A DNA stretch of 64,000 bases, taken from the IMG/VR virus record IMGVR_UViG_3300025828_000016, positions 1 to 64,000 of that record, one strand, 5' to 3'. Below the pieces are notes generated by a model. The model was not told the DNA's origin and ran no database searches. It was given only the letters and a program-made list of their open reading frames with translations. Made by a program: the position numbers and the translations under genes. This DNA comes from a virus. Positions 40,675 to 48,987 of the stretch are shown piece after piece (within the stretch, counting starts at the first letter, position 1; every line of letters starts with the position of its first letter).

Positions 40675-41343
40675 TTAAAACTCAAAAAAAGAATCTATAA
40701 TTTCATATAATACTGGACTCAACTCTTTGAGTTTATTTCTATCTCCCAATAAATAGTTCTCAAAACCATTTGCCCAATACTCTCGTAGTGCTGTAATTGC
40801 GTATGGTGAATAAAACAACCCAGATGATATAGTTCTTAATTTATCGTATCCTATTCCTTTATAGAGATGCTGATCAAACTTATAATCGTATTCTGGATTT
40901 TCATAGTCTTCTATATCGTAGTCTTCATCATCTAGAAGGTGGTATAAGGTATTTCGTTTGGCAAGAAACTCTCTTTCTAATCTGCCATCACCATAAATCT
41001 CTTCTTCATTTCTTTTTTCAACAGCGTGGGCAAGTTCGTGAAGAATGTCATCTAAAAGATCTTTCTCGTTATCTTGATCGGGTGAGAGATAGATTGCCCC
41101 GTCTTTAAACATGGCGTTGTATTCACGATCACCTTTGAAAAACTCATCAGCATAACCAACAAGAAAACTATCAACATTATCAAAAAAGAAGTCTGGAGTT
41201 AGAGTTTCGATTGTTTTTTTAATGTAATCTAGATTAATATCGTTTTTGAATGGTTCTATAAAAACAAAAGGTTTTCCATGAATATTATATTGATTTAATT
41301 TTTTTTTAGACTTGCTCGCTTGTTGTGCTATGTACTCTTTCAA
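40675..41343 (-). CDS. Zincin-like metallopeptidase (HExxH + downstream EYWA)
   Basis: ILHELAHAVE ... LREYWANGF. Confidence 0.7.
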   Translation of the reverse strand: MKEYIAQQASKSKKKLNQYNIHGKPFVFIEPFKNDINLDYIKKTIETLTPDFFFDNVDSFLVGYADEFFKGDREYNAMFKDGAIYLSPDQDNEKDLLDDILHELAHAVEKRNEEEIYGDGRLEREFLAKRNTLYHLLDDEDYDIEDYENPEYDYKFDQHLYKGIGYDKLRTISSGLFYSPYAITALREYWANGFENYLLGDRNKLKELSPVLYEIIDSFFEF

Positions 41344-41588
41344 CCTTGCACACCGCCAGCATCTACATCAGCTAGTGCTTGTCGATATCCACGAATAAAA
41401 TTTTCTTCTGCGACAGGCATCAAGAATTCTGGAAATTCTTCAGACATTACCTGAATGATCATTTCAACATTAACTTCATCATTTTTAGGTTGAAGTTTTT
41501 CTCCAACATAGTTTACCAACCATCTTTTCATTTCATTTACTGGTTCTACTACTTGTAGCAGATCTGGGTTTTCATTATCTACAGACAT
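41340..41588 (-). CDS. Hypothetical acidic protein
   Basis: AAGGAGG RBS; 82 aa. Confidence 0.75.
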   Translation of the reverse strand: MSVDNENPDLLQVVEPVNEMKRWLVNYVGEKLQPKNDEVNVEMIIQVMSEEFPEFLMPVAEENFIRGYRQALADVDAGGVQG

Positions 41589-41600
41589 AATTGTCCTCCT

Positions 41601-41638
41601 TTTGGATAAATATAACAGATATTTGGATAAGTTTAAAG
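41601..41638 (-). promoter_or_regulatory. Sigma70-like promoter (TTTAAA-N17-TATATT with TG extension) overlapped by two direct TTATCCAAA repeats
   Basis: Repeats at 41601-41609 and 41622-41630, 21 bp apart. Confidence 0.45.
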
Positions 41639-42946
41639 AATTTTAGAAGCGATTGTTGCTACTTTGGACCTCTCACCTTTGAGAAGAGTTACGTGCCCAG
41701 AAACATCAAAAGTTTTGAATTTTTCAACTGCGTGTGTAAGACCGTTTGAGGTTTCGTCTAGGTAGACGTTATCAATCTGTTCTACGTCACCAGTTAAAAT
41801 AATTTTTGTTCCCTCGCCAACACGAGTGAGGATAGTTTTGAGTTCGTGTGCTGTAAGGTTCTGTGCCTCGTCAATAATGATAAAAGCATTTGCTATGGAG
41901 CGTCCACGAATGTAAGTTAGTGCTTCTACTTCTATTTTGCCTCTTTCCATGTAATTTTCTAATGTTGCTTTATCGTTTGCCATTAGAAACTCAAGGTTAT
42001 CACGGATAGGAGCAACCCAAGGTGACATTTTTTCTTCTATTGTTCCTGGTAAGAAACCAATATCTCTGCCCATAGGTTGAATAGGTCTGGAAACTACAAG
42101 TCTGCTGTAAATTTCTTTTTCTACAACTTGGCTAAGACCGGCTGCGATTGCTAAAAGGGTTTTACCGCAACCAGCCTTGCCGACTAACGTTACTACATTT
42201 ATTTTTGGGTCTTCTAATAAATCCATAGCAAAAATCTGCTCTTTATTTCTAGGTTTCAAACCCCAAAGTCTTTTTTTACTGCTAGTGTTGATTAACTTTA
42301 GGGGTTTCTCATAAGATTCAAACTTTCCAAGAGCAGTTTTCTTTTCATTTTGGTTTGAAATCAGCATAAGGAACTGATTTGGATTTAGTTGTAAATCTTC
42401 TTTTTCTATAAACACTTCTTCTCCTGAATAAAACCGGTCAAGGACAGGTTCATCCACCAAGTGAGTTAGGAAACCAGTATAAATATTATCTGTATCTTTT
42501 ACAACTTGATCTGATTGGAAATCCTCGGTCGTCAAACCCAGAGAATCGCACTTAACACGCATGTTAATGTCTCGTGTGACCACGATTACTTTTCTTTTTG
42601 GGTTTTCATTTTTCTGGTTTAACGCAACGCTAATAATCTCATTATCAGGCACAGAAAGATCTAGATCCTCCGGTAGACCTTCTCTTTTGACCATTTTCAC
42701 GCATATTAGACCTTTCCCTTTATCAATCCTCACACCATTAGACAAACTACCTTTTTCACGGAGGGAATCAAGGACACGAATAACAGTTCTCGCATTTGTT
42801 CCTACACCGTCTTGTCTTTTTTTGTTATTATCTATTTCTTCAAGAACTTTTAAAGGAAGGACGATATCGTTATTACCATAGGAGCGAATACAATTTGCGT
42901 CTGTTAAACAAACACTCGTATCAAGAATATAAATTTTTTTAGCCAT
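41633..42946 (-). CDS. phoH: PIN-PhoH fusion (PhoH2/YlaK type)
   Basis: ILDTSV...EEID...PDNEI...VTRDINMR (PIN); GKAGCGKT, IGFLPG, YIRGRS, IIDEAQN, LTGD..QID, ERS (PhoH). Confidence 0.95.
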   Translation of the reverse strand: MAKKIYILDTSVCLTDANCIRSYGNNDIVLPLKVLEEIDNNKKRQDGVGTNARTVIRVLDSLREKGSLSNGVRIDKGKGLICVKMVKREGLPEDLDLSVPDNEIISVALNQKNENPKRKVIVVTRDINMRVKCDSLGLTTEDFQSDQVVKDTDNIYTGFLTHLVDEPVLDRFYSGEEVFIEKEDLQLNPNQFLMLISNQNEKKTALGKFESYEKPLKLINTSSKKRLWGLKPRNKEQIFAMDLLEDPKINVVTLVGKAGCGKTLLAIAAGLSQVVEKEIYSRLVVSRPIQPMGRDIGFLPGTIEEKMSPWVAPIRDNLEFLMANDKATLENYMERGKIEVEALTYIRGRSIANAFIIIDEAQNLTAHELKTILTRVGEGTKIILTGDVEQIDNVYLDETSNGLTHAVEKFKTFDVSGHVTLLKGERSKVATIASKIL

Positions 42947-42974
42947 GTTAACTCACTTTGTTAAGCATTTGATC

Positions 42975-43017
42975 TTTCTCACGAAACATCTACTTTTGAT
43001 AAATGTAACACGAGAAA
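42975..43017 (-). promoter_or_regulatory. RNA hairpin in the phoH 5' leader
   Basis: UUUCUCGUG-UU-ACAUUUAU-CAAAA-GUAGAUGU-UU-CGUGAGAAA; 17 pairs including 4 G.U pairs that form only on the minus-strand RNA. Confidence 0.55.
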
Positions 43018-43026
43018 GCAATCATT

Positions 43027-43036
43027 ATAAATAGTC
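43027..43036 (-). promoter_or_regulatory. Putative phage late-promoter motif (GACTATTTAT)
   Basis: Copy of the recurring CTA(T/A/C)TTA motif, upstream of phoH. Confidence 0.55.
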
Positions 43037-43125
43037 TTTTTATTTGTTTAGTTGGTAAAAAGGGGCACGGGGCACTTATTTATTTTAAGGGAGTAATAAT
43101 CCCTTTTACAAAGGAGGATAAGAAA

Positions 43126-43878
43126 ATGCGTGGGGTTATGATGTCTACCCTAATATTCGTTCTGTCGTTGACTATCTCTTGCGGCACAATGAATTCAAAC
43201 ATAGAGGACAACTTTCCAAGAGATGGTTTTGCTTTCATTAGTAAGACAGTTGAGTTAAAAAAATGTATTGGTGAGAAATGTATGACTATGGACCTTCGTT
43301 CTACTGGTTCAGGTTATGTTGTGAGGGTCACAGAAAAGGGCGCTTATATTGTTACAGCAGCGCACGTCTGTGATGGAGAATCGGGGTTATTAGAAACAGT
43401 CACTCAAAAAGTGAAAATGAAAGTCTCAACTATTCTGTTGGAAACTTATGATGCAGAGATACTAAAAAAAGATGCTGAAATAGATGCTTGTTTACTTTTT
43501 GCTGAAGGTTTGACTACTGGGGTAAGTGTTATTCCATTGGCAATGAAACCTCCAAAGAAAGGTGAAAGAGTTTATAATATTGCCGCTCCTTTGGGTGTGT
43601 TTAACTATGATATGGTTCCTATCTTTGAAGGCAGATATGCTGGTGAGGATGGGGGACAAGATCTTTATACACTTCCAGCAACTTTTGGTTCTTCTGGATC
43701 TATGCTTCTAAATTCTAAAGGTGAGTTGGTAGGAATGGTTCACTCTGTTCTTGCTAAGTTTAGAAATGTTGCTATTTCTTCACCTTTTCACAAACTAATG
43801 CGTTTTATTAGATCTGGTCTCAGAGACGCTTCCATTCACGAGTGGGCTTGTGTAGCACCTGAAAAGTGTGCTAAATAA
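43126..43878 (+). CDS. Trypsin-like (S1) serine protease, probable lipoprotein
   Basis: TGSG, VTAAHVC, DACLL, GSSGS catalytic triad; hydrophobic signal ending LTISC; AAGGAGG RBS. Confidence 0.88.
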   Translation: MRGVMMSTLIFVLSLTISCGTMNSNIEDNFPRDGFAFISKTVELKKCIGEKCMTMDLRSTGSGYVVRVTEKGAYIVTAAHVCDGESGLLETVTQKVKMKVSTILLETYDAEILKKDAEIDACLLFAEGLTTGVSVIPLAMKPPKKGERVYNIAAPLGVFNYDMVPIFEGRYAGEDGGQDLYTLPATFGSSGSMLLNSKGELVGMVHSVLAKFRNVAISSPFHKLMRFIRSGLRDASIHEWACVAPEKCAK

Positions 43879-44224
43879 TCGAATTTCTCTTCCAAATAGT
43901 CAAACCTAGTTTATTTTTAATCCAATACAGGTCTGTATATAAATTTATATAATCTGCGTAATTATCTTCGTTTGTGTTCTCTTTCATAAAAGTTAATTCA
44001 TCTAGATTAAAAAATATATCAAAATAATTTTTTATTTTTTTATCTAAATCTTTTTTAGAATTTATCATTTTAGATTTTGAGTTTGGTAAATAAAAATAAT
44101 AATCAGATTTATCATTAATAACAGATGTAACAACCGCTCCATTATTCACTTCAACCTTTAAACTTATATGATCTATGTTAGTAACGTACCAATGTTCATT
44201 TTCAAATATTTTCTTTCTATTCAT
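43871..44224 (-). CDS. Hypothetical protein
   Basis: 117 aa, coupled start/stop. Confidence 0.6.
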   Translation of the reverse strand: MNRKKIFENEHWYVTNIDHISLKVEVNNGAVVTSVINDKSDYYFYLPNSKSKMINSKKDLDKKIKNYFDIFFNLDELTFMKENTNEDNYADYINLYTDLYWIKNKLGLTIWKRNSII

Positions 44225-44430
44225 TAATCAACTGCCGATATTAAGTTTGCTCTTACAAACTCTACTTTTTTATTTTTATTTTTTGGATCTTGTAGGGTTA
44301 GATATTGTTCTGAATTCCATTTGAGGTATTGAATATCCTCTAACAACCAAACTCTATTCTGATAATAAACTGGTGAACCTATGTAGGCTCTTTTTCCATT
44401 TCCATCTAGTGTAAATCTTGTTGTAGACAT
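44224..44430 (-). CDS. Small beta-rich hypothetical protein
   Basis: GGAGG RBS before ATG 44430. Confidence 0.65.
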   Translation of the reverse strand: MSTTRFTLDGNGKRAYIGSPVYYQNRVWLLEDIQYLKWNSEQYLTLQDPKNKNKKVEFVRANLISAVD

Positions 44431-44445
44431 TTTCAACCCCTCCGT

Positions 44446-44676
44446 TTAAGGGGTTGTTAACCCCTCTTCTTTTCTTTGAGTAGCATAATCATCAAGCGCA
44501 TCAACACTATCTAATGCTTCTGATAATAGTTTAGTCCATTTATCAATTTCTTTTAAGATATCTGTGTGTTCTCCGACCATTACTGTTTTGGTAAATAGCA
44601 TATCCAACATTGCTCTTGCTTCTTCTGCCTGTGCTTCATATTTTATTCTCGCTGCATTAAATAATTTTATGTTCAT
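44446..44676 (-). CDS. Small helical-hairpin hypothetical protein
   Basis: 76 aa, VGEHTDI turn between two helices. Confidence 0.7.
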   Translation of the reverse strand: MNIKLFNAARIKYEAQAEEARAMLDMLFTKTVMVGEHTDILKEIDKWTKLLSEALDSVDALDDYATQRKEEGLTTP

Positions 44677-45047
44677 ATATCCTCTTCGGTTTCTTCAAAA
44701 AAAGAAATAGTATTATACTTCTTAATATAACGGTTAAATTCCATATAGTCAACCCCTAAAAATCGTGCTGCTTCTTTTTTTGTTCTTGCAATGCTCAGGG
44801 CAGTCTTTAAAAGAGCATCTGTGACTGCGTGTCTAGTCAGTCTCCAGATAGGTATGCCATAGAACTTACCATATAAATATCTAGTAGACAACTCTAACTT
44901 AATAGCTATTAGATCTTCTAAAGCAATATTATTGATATTATTTAAGGTATTGTCAGTTATTTTCTTTTCTAACTTAAGTTTATTTATTATACTAAATTTA
45001 GAATATTTGGTATAAGGTTTTTTATCTCTTTTATTTTTCCAAGGCAT
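44673..45047 (-). CDS. Fis-like HTH DNA-binding protein
   Basis: LLKTALSIARTKKEAARFLGVDYMEFNRYIKKY matches the Fis/NtrC C-terminal HTH pattern. Confidence 0.7.
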   Translation of the reverse strand: MPWKNKRDKKPYTKYSKFSIINKLKLEKKITDNTLNNINNIALEDLIAIKLELSTRYLYGKFYGIPIWRLTRHAVTDALLKTALSIARTKKEAARFLGVDYMEFNRYIKKYNTISFFEETEEDI

Positions 45048-45088
45048 GTTTAAATAATAGTATATTATATGATATAATTTAATTTATA

Positions 45089-45823
45089 TTATTTATTATA
45101 ATCTGGTGATTCTGGTTCTGGAACGGTTGGTTGGAGTTCTTCCTCAAATCTATCAAAATAAAGTTTAAGGTTAGTTAGCATATATTCTTTATAAAGTTTT
45201 CTATCTTCTGCATCTGCTAAAGACTCATAAGCATCCTGAATTTGGTTTTCGATTTTATTGAATGTTGTTGAGGCGAAATTACGACCGGTAACATTCATGC
45301 CTGATAGATCTTGAAAAGATTCTTGTTCTGCTGGTTCTTCTTCTGCTGGTTTATCTTGATCTCGAACTGGAATGAATCGGTCCTCTTCAACATCAACGTC
45401 CAAAGTGACTTCTTCTTCTAATTCTTCTTCATTTTCTTCTTGACTTCCCTCGGCGCTTGCTGTAACATCTATTGGAGTTAGTGAATTTTCAACTGCGTTG
45501 AGAATGTGCGCTCTGAAAGAATCTCTTTGTTCTTTTGAGGTTGTAAGCCCCTTATAAGCATCCTCGACAATAGGAATAATAACTTTTAGAGTGTCTTCGA
45601 GAACATTAATACCAGTTGATCTTTGTGGTTGCTCATCAGGAACGTCAGCGGTTGCTTCTTTGATTAGAGAGCGAATAATGCCACGAAGTCTATTTTCTTC
45701 TAACATTACTTTATCTTGTTTTTCAGCAAGGTAGTTTTCTAGAAGTGAGCGGACAACTTTACGGAGACGCTGTTCTTCTTTTGCTTCTTTCAGTTCTTTT
45801 AAAAGTTCATTGCGATCAATCAT
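45089..45823 (-). CDS. Acidic protein with an internal domain duplication; candidate prohead core/internal protein
   Basis: Two RLRxx(V/I)RSL(L/I)xE tags, two TGxN...DAY..L repeats, Glu-rich linker. Confidence 0.65.
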   Translation of the reverse strand: MIDRNELLKELKEAKEEQRLRKVVRSLLENYLAEKQDKVMLEENRLRGIIRSLIKEATADVPDEQPQRSTGINVLEDTLKVIIPIVEDAYKGLTTSKEQRDSFRAHILNAVENSLTPIDVTASAEGSQEENEEELEEEVTLDVDVEEDRFIPVRDQDKPAEEEPAEQESFQDLSGMNVTGRNFASTTFNKIENQIQDAYESLADAEDRKLYKEYMLTNLKLYFDRFEEELQPTVPEPESPDYNK

Positions 45824-45827
45824 TAAT

Positions 45828-47948
45828 TTAGACTCCAAGTTTCTGTAATAAATAGTTTAACGCCTCATTAACTTCAGTTTCAGAAATATTTCTTCTTTTA
45901 ACTCGTCCAACTGGACCAGGACTGCCCTGGACTGCTGCAGCGACAGTTGTTTCTTCTATTTCTTCTTCTTTCAAAGGGTCAGTACACATTTTTTTTGCTT
46001 CTTTTTTACTTAAAGCAGGTTTTCCCTTAAACTTCTTTCGACTCTTACCCATTTGAGCACAAGCCCATTTTCTTTGTTGCTCGCTTTCTGCTCTTTCCTG
46101 TAATACCTCGTCAACTAACCCACGAAAAATACCCAAGAATGGGTCGTTTGCCTCCTTTTGAATTGTTTTTGGTTTTAGCGTAAGTTCCTTTTTTACCATA
46201 TCAACGATATCTTGTTCTCTATCTTTTGATGTATCTGGTAAATACTTATCAATGTCGCTACCATTTGCAATAGCCTCTCTAAAGTGACTAGCATGTAAAA
46301 CTTCACCAACAGGCTTGAAAGCATAGTCTAGAGGATTTAGGACTTCTGCGTCTTCAGCATATTTTTGAACATTACCAGCGAAACGTTCAGCAGCATCGCC
46401 ATCTTTTGTTGAGGCACCAAGAATAATCTTTGTTCCTTTCATCTCCGGTCTTTTTCCATAGTTCATTGCGGCACCTACGGGCGAAGGAGCGTCTGGAATT
46501 TCAACATCAACGTTAGTAAGGTTGGCGTCATCTAAATAAATATGTAGAATTTTTGCAGCAGTTTGCGCTGTGATACCGTCTCTCGGCTTTGGACTGACCA
46601 AAACAACCACTCTATCAGCCAACCTAGCATAATGCTCAATCATGTCCAAATGACCTCTATGAGCAGGCTTGAATTTTCCTGGTAAAATAGCGACAGTTTC
46701 GCCTTCATTTTGCTCACGAAGCATTTCCTTGACCATCTGTGGGATCTTTCCTCTTCCGTAGCGAAATAACCCCAAAAGTTGGTTCATAGGAGCAAAGTTT
46801 CCTGTAAACTTATACATTTGACCATCGTGTTGGAAAACAAAACCTTCTACAACTGTGTCGATGTTATCATGGTGCTTAAGTTTGGTGAGTTGTCTTACTA
46901 AAATGTCTTGTGCTGCTTCTTGCTCTGGACCTTCATAATCTTGAATGGCACGAATAGCAGATTCAGTTTCGTTTTTTAGTCTTTCGACCTCGGATTCATT
47001 ATCGAGAATGTAAGCACTTTTTAGACCACGGAGAAGTTCAACTGCAAAGTCGTGGATAGCCATTTCGATAGGTTCAATTAATTTTTTTATTAAAAACTTT
47101 GAGTTCTTGTTAAATGCTGAAACCTTTGCTTTAACTTCTGCGTCCATTCCTTTTGTTATTTGAGTTGTTGTTGGGGCACTTTTATCACCCAACATTCTTC
47201 TAACGAGAAGTTCAACCCTTTGATCGTCTAATTCTGGCAAACTTTCAGCAGTGTAAGGTGTAAGTTTATCATGGAGATAATCATTGATTGTCATGTTGCC
47301 TGAATAACCAGTTTGCTTAATCCGGTTCAGAACTTCCTCTACAAACGCTTCGTCGGTTATTTTATTGAGGGTAAGAAAGGCAGTTCGACGAACTCTAAAG
47401 TCTTCGTTTGCTGTTGCTTCTTCGAATCTATCAATAACGCTATCTAAAAATGCTGATTCTTTTTCATTTGCTACAACTTCTAGGGTGTTGTCTTCTTTAT
47501 TATATTTTTTATGACCCATTCGGTGAATGTTCACGACATTTTCGTCATAGTTAACAACATTTGGAGCAACTGGACCTTGGATTTCGGTGTTGTAGAAGAT
47601 TTCACCATTAGGTCCGAAGATTTGTGCCTTTTCTTCTTCTGAAAGTGAATCAAGAGCACTAACATAGGAATTAAAAGCAGTTACATAAGCACGTTTTGAA
47701 TCTTCACCACCACGAAACTCACGGTTAATAAGATCTTCAAATGTCATTCCACCACGAGACATATCACCTTTGTTTCTGGCAGCACGAGGTTTTCCATCAA
47801 CATAACCGAGATAAATGTTATAACCGTCAGTTTTTTCTGTTCCTACAAGTTCACCCGAAGCGGCTTTTTGTAGAATCTTTGCCATTTCGTTGAAAGTAAG
47901 ATCACGATTATCATAAAGATGTGATAAGTGTCCTGCTACGCCGCCCAT
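45828..47948 (-). CDS. Fusion of a ligase-like nucleotidyltransferase domain and a HIGH-motif (cytidylyltransferase-like) domain
   Basis: TEKTDG (KxDG), EGFVF and YKF (ligase motifs I, IV, V); PGKFKPAHRGH (HxGH) and HASHFR (KMSKS-equivalent). Confidence 0.75.
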   Translation of the reverse strand: MGGVAGHLSHLYDNRDLTFNEMAKILQKAASGELVGTEKTDGYNIYLGYVDGKPRAARNKGDMSRGGMTFEDLINREFRGGEDSKRAYVTAFNSYVSALDSLSEEEKAQIFGPNGEIFYNTEIQGPVAPNVVNYDENVVNIHRMGHKKYNKEDNTLEVVANEKESAFLDSVIDRFEEATANEDFRVRRTAFLTLNKITDEAFVEEVLNRIKQTGYSGNMTINDYLHDKLTPYTAESLPELDDQRVELLVRRMLGDKSAPTTTQITKGMDAEVKAKVSAFNKNSKFLIKKLIEPIEMAIHDFAVELLRGLKSAYILDNESEVERLKNETESAIRAIQDYEGPEQEAAQDILVRQLTKLKHHDNIDTVVEGFVFQHDGQMYKFTGNFAPMNQLLGLFRYGRGKIPQMVKEMLREQNEGETVAILPGKFKPAHRGHLDMIEHYARLADRVVVLVSPKPRDGITAQTAAKILHIYLDDANLTNVDVEIPDAPSPVGAAMNYGKRPEMKGTKIILGASTKDGDAAERFAGNVQKYAEDAEVLNPLDYAFKPVGEVLHASHFREAIANGSDIDKYLPDTSKDREQDIVDMVKKELTLKPKTIQKEANDPFLGIFRGLVDEVLQERAESEQQRKWACAQMGKSRKKFKGKPALSKKEAKKMCTDPLKEEEIEETTVAAAVQGSPGPVGRVKRRNISETEVNEALNYLLQKLGV

Positions 47949-47952
47949 AGGT

Positions 47953-48201
47953 TTATTTTCCTTCTTCTAGTATTTTTACTTGTTCTTCTAGGAGTGAAAT
48001 TTTATTTTCTAGTTGATTAACAACTCTTCTTATTTCTTGTAAGTGTTGTCTGGCAACTGAAAGTTGTCTATTTTCTTTTTGACTTTTTGGTCGTACTTCG
48101 TCTAAAATGCGGAGAACAGACTCGACATAAGCACGAGCACTTGGATTTTTTGATTCACCTAACAGAAAATCCCTCGTCATTTTTCGAAAATCAATTTTCA
48201 T
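47953..48201 (-). CDS. Small coiled-coil protein
   Basis: 82 aa, heptad C-terminus. Confidence 0.7.
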   Translation of the reverse strand: MKIDFRKMTRDFLLGESKNPSARAYVESVLRILDEVRPKSQKENRQLSVARQHLQEIRRVVNQLENKISLLEEQVKILEEGK

Positions 48202-48951
48202 TTATTTGCCCTTAGACATCTCTGCGAGAATATCACGGACGGCATCACGAAGTGCTGCTTCGTCAAGGTCTTCTTGTTCTAACATTCTTGCTTCTGGTGA
48301 AGCGGGGTGTGCTTCATCGTGTGAGCATTTACACTCGTCTGCTGGCATATCACAGTCTGGGCATTTCTCCCCAGGTGCTTCTTCTAATTGAGCAGTAGCG
48401 TAGTCTGCGTTGGATAGGTTGTAAGTTCCCATTCCTTCGTTTAGGAATGATTTCTCTTTTGGTTTGTATCCCCATTTATCCATAAGCATCTCGCCAAATT
48501 CTTTATCTCTCCAATTTTTGTAAGACATTTTCTGTTCTCCTTTTTTGTCTTCATTGACATAAATAGTCATCTTTTTTTGTTTTAATCCGTCTTCCCAATC
48601 ACGGAAACACATATTGCCTTTCTCATAGGCTTCACGTTCCATTTCTCTCATTTGACCGTCCTCCTGGGCATAACCAGGACGAGTTGGACCCATTCCCGTT
48701 AGGTCGCCTCTTTCATTTTGTAGGTGGTGAACTAATTCATGGGCGAGAGAACGCAAGCAGTCTTTCATGTGTCTTCCGGTTGTGTAGACTGTGATAGATT
48801 GCGCGGCAGGTTCGTAATGTGCTGTTTTTCCTAACGGTTTTAAACTATTTTGTTGGTCTTGGGCAAAGATTATGGAGGGTTTGTTTTGTAGTTTATAACG
48901 CTGGTGGAAAAACTCTATTAAGTCATTAGCATAAGTGCGGATATTGTTCAT
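48202..48951 (-). CDS. HExxH metallopeptidase-like protein with a C-terminal helical tag
   Basis: RSLAHELVHHLQ...MEREA; CPDC..C.C; ends LDEAALRDAVRDILAEM. Confidence 0.7.
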   Translation of the reverse strand: MNNIRTYANDLIEFFHQRYKLQNKPSIIFAQDQQNSLKPLGKTAHYEPAAQSITVYTTGRHMKDCLRSLAHELVHHLQNERGDLTGMGPTRPGYAQEDGQMREMEREAYEKGNMCFRDWEDGLKQKKMTIYVNEDKKGEQKMSYKNWRDKEFGEMLMDKWGYKPKEKSFLNEGMGTYNLSNADYATAQLEEAPGEKCPDCDMPADECKCSHDEAHPASPEARMLEQEDLDEAALRDAVRDILAEMSKGK

Positions 48952-48955
48952 AACT

Positions 48956-48965
48956 ATAAGTAGTT
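48956..48965 (-). promoter_or_regulatory. Putative late-promoter motif (AACTACTTAT), 4 nt before ATG
   Basis: Recurring motif; no room for an SD. Confidence 0.55.
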
Positions 48966-48987
48966 AAAAGTTTGCTAATGTCTCAAC

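Noticed and set aside
43062-43075. GGGGCAC tandem repeat upstream of the protease gene
   Set aside because: Only two 7-bp units and no other copies noticed; cannot be distinguished from chance.
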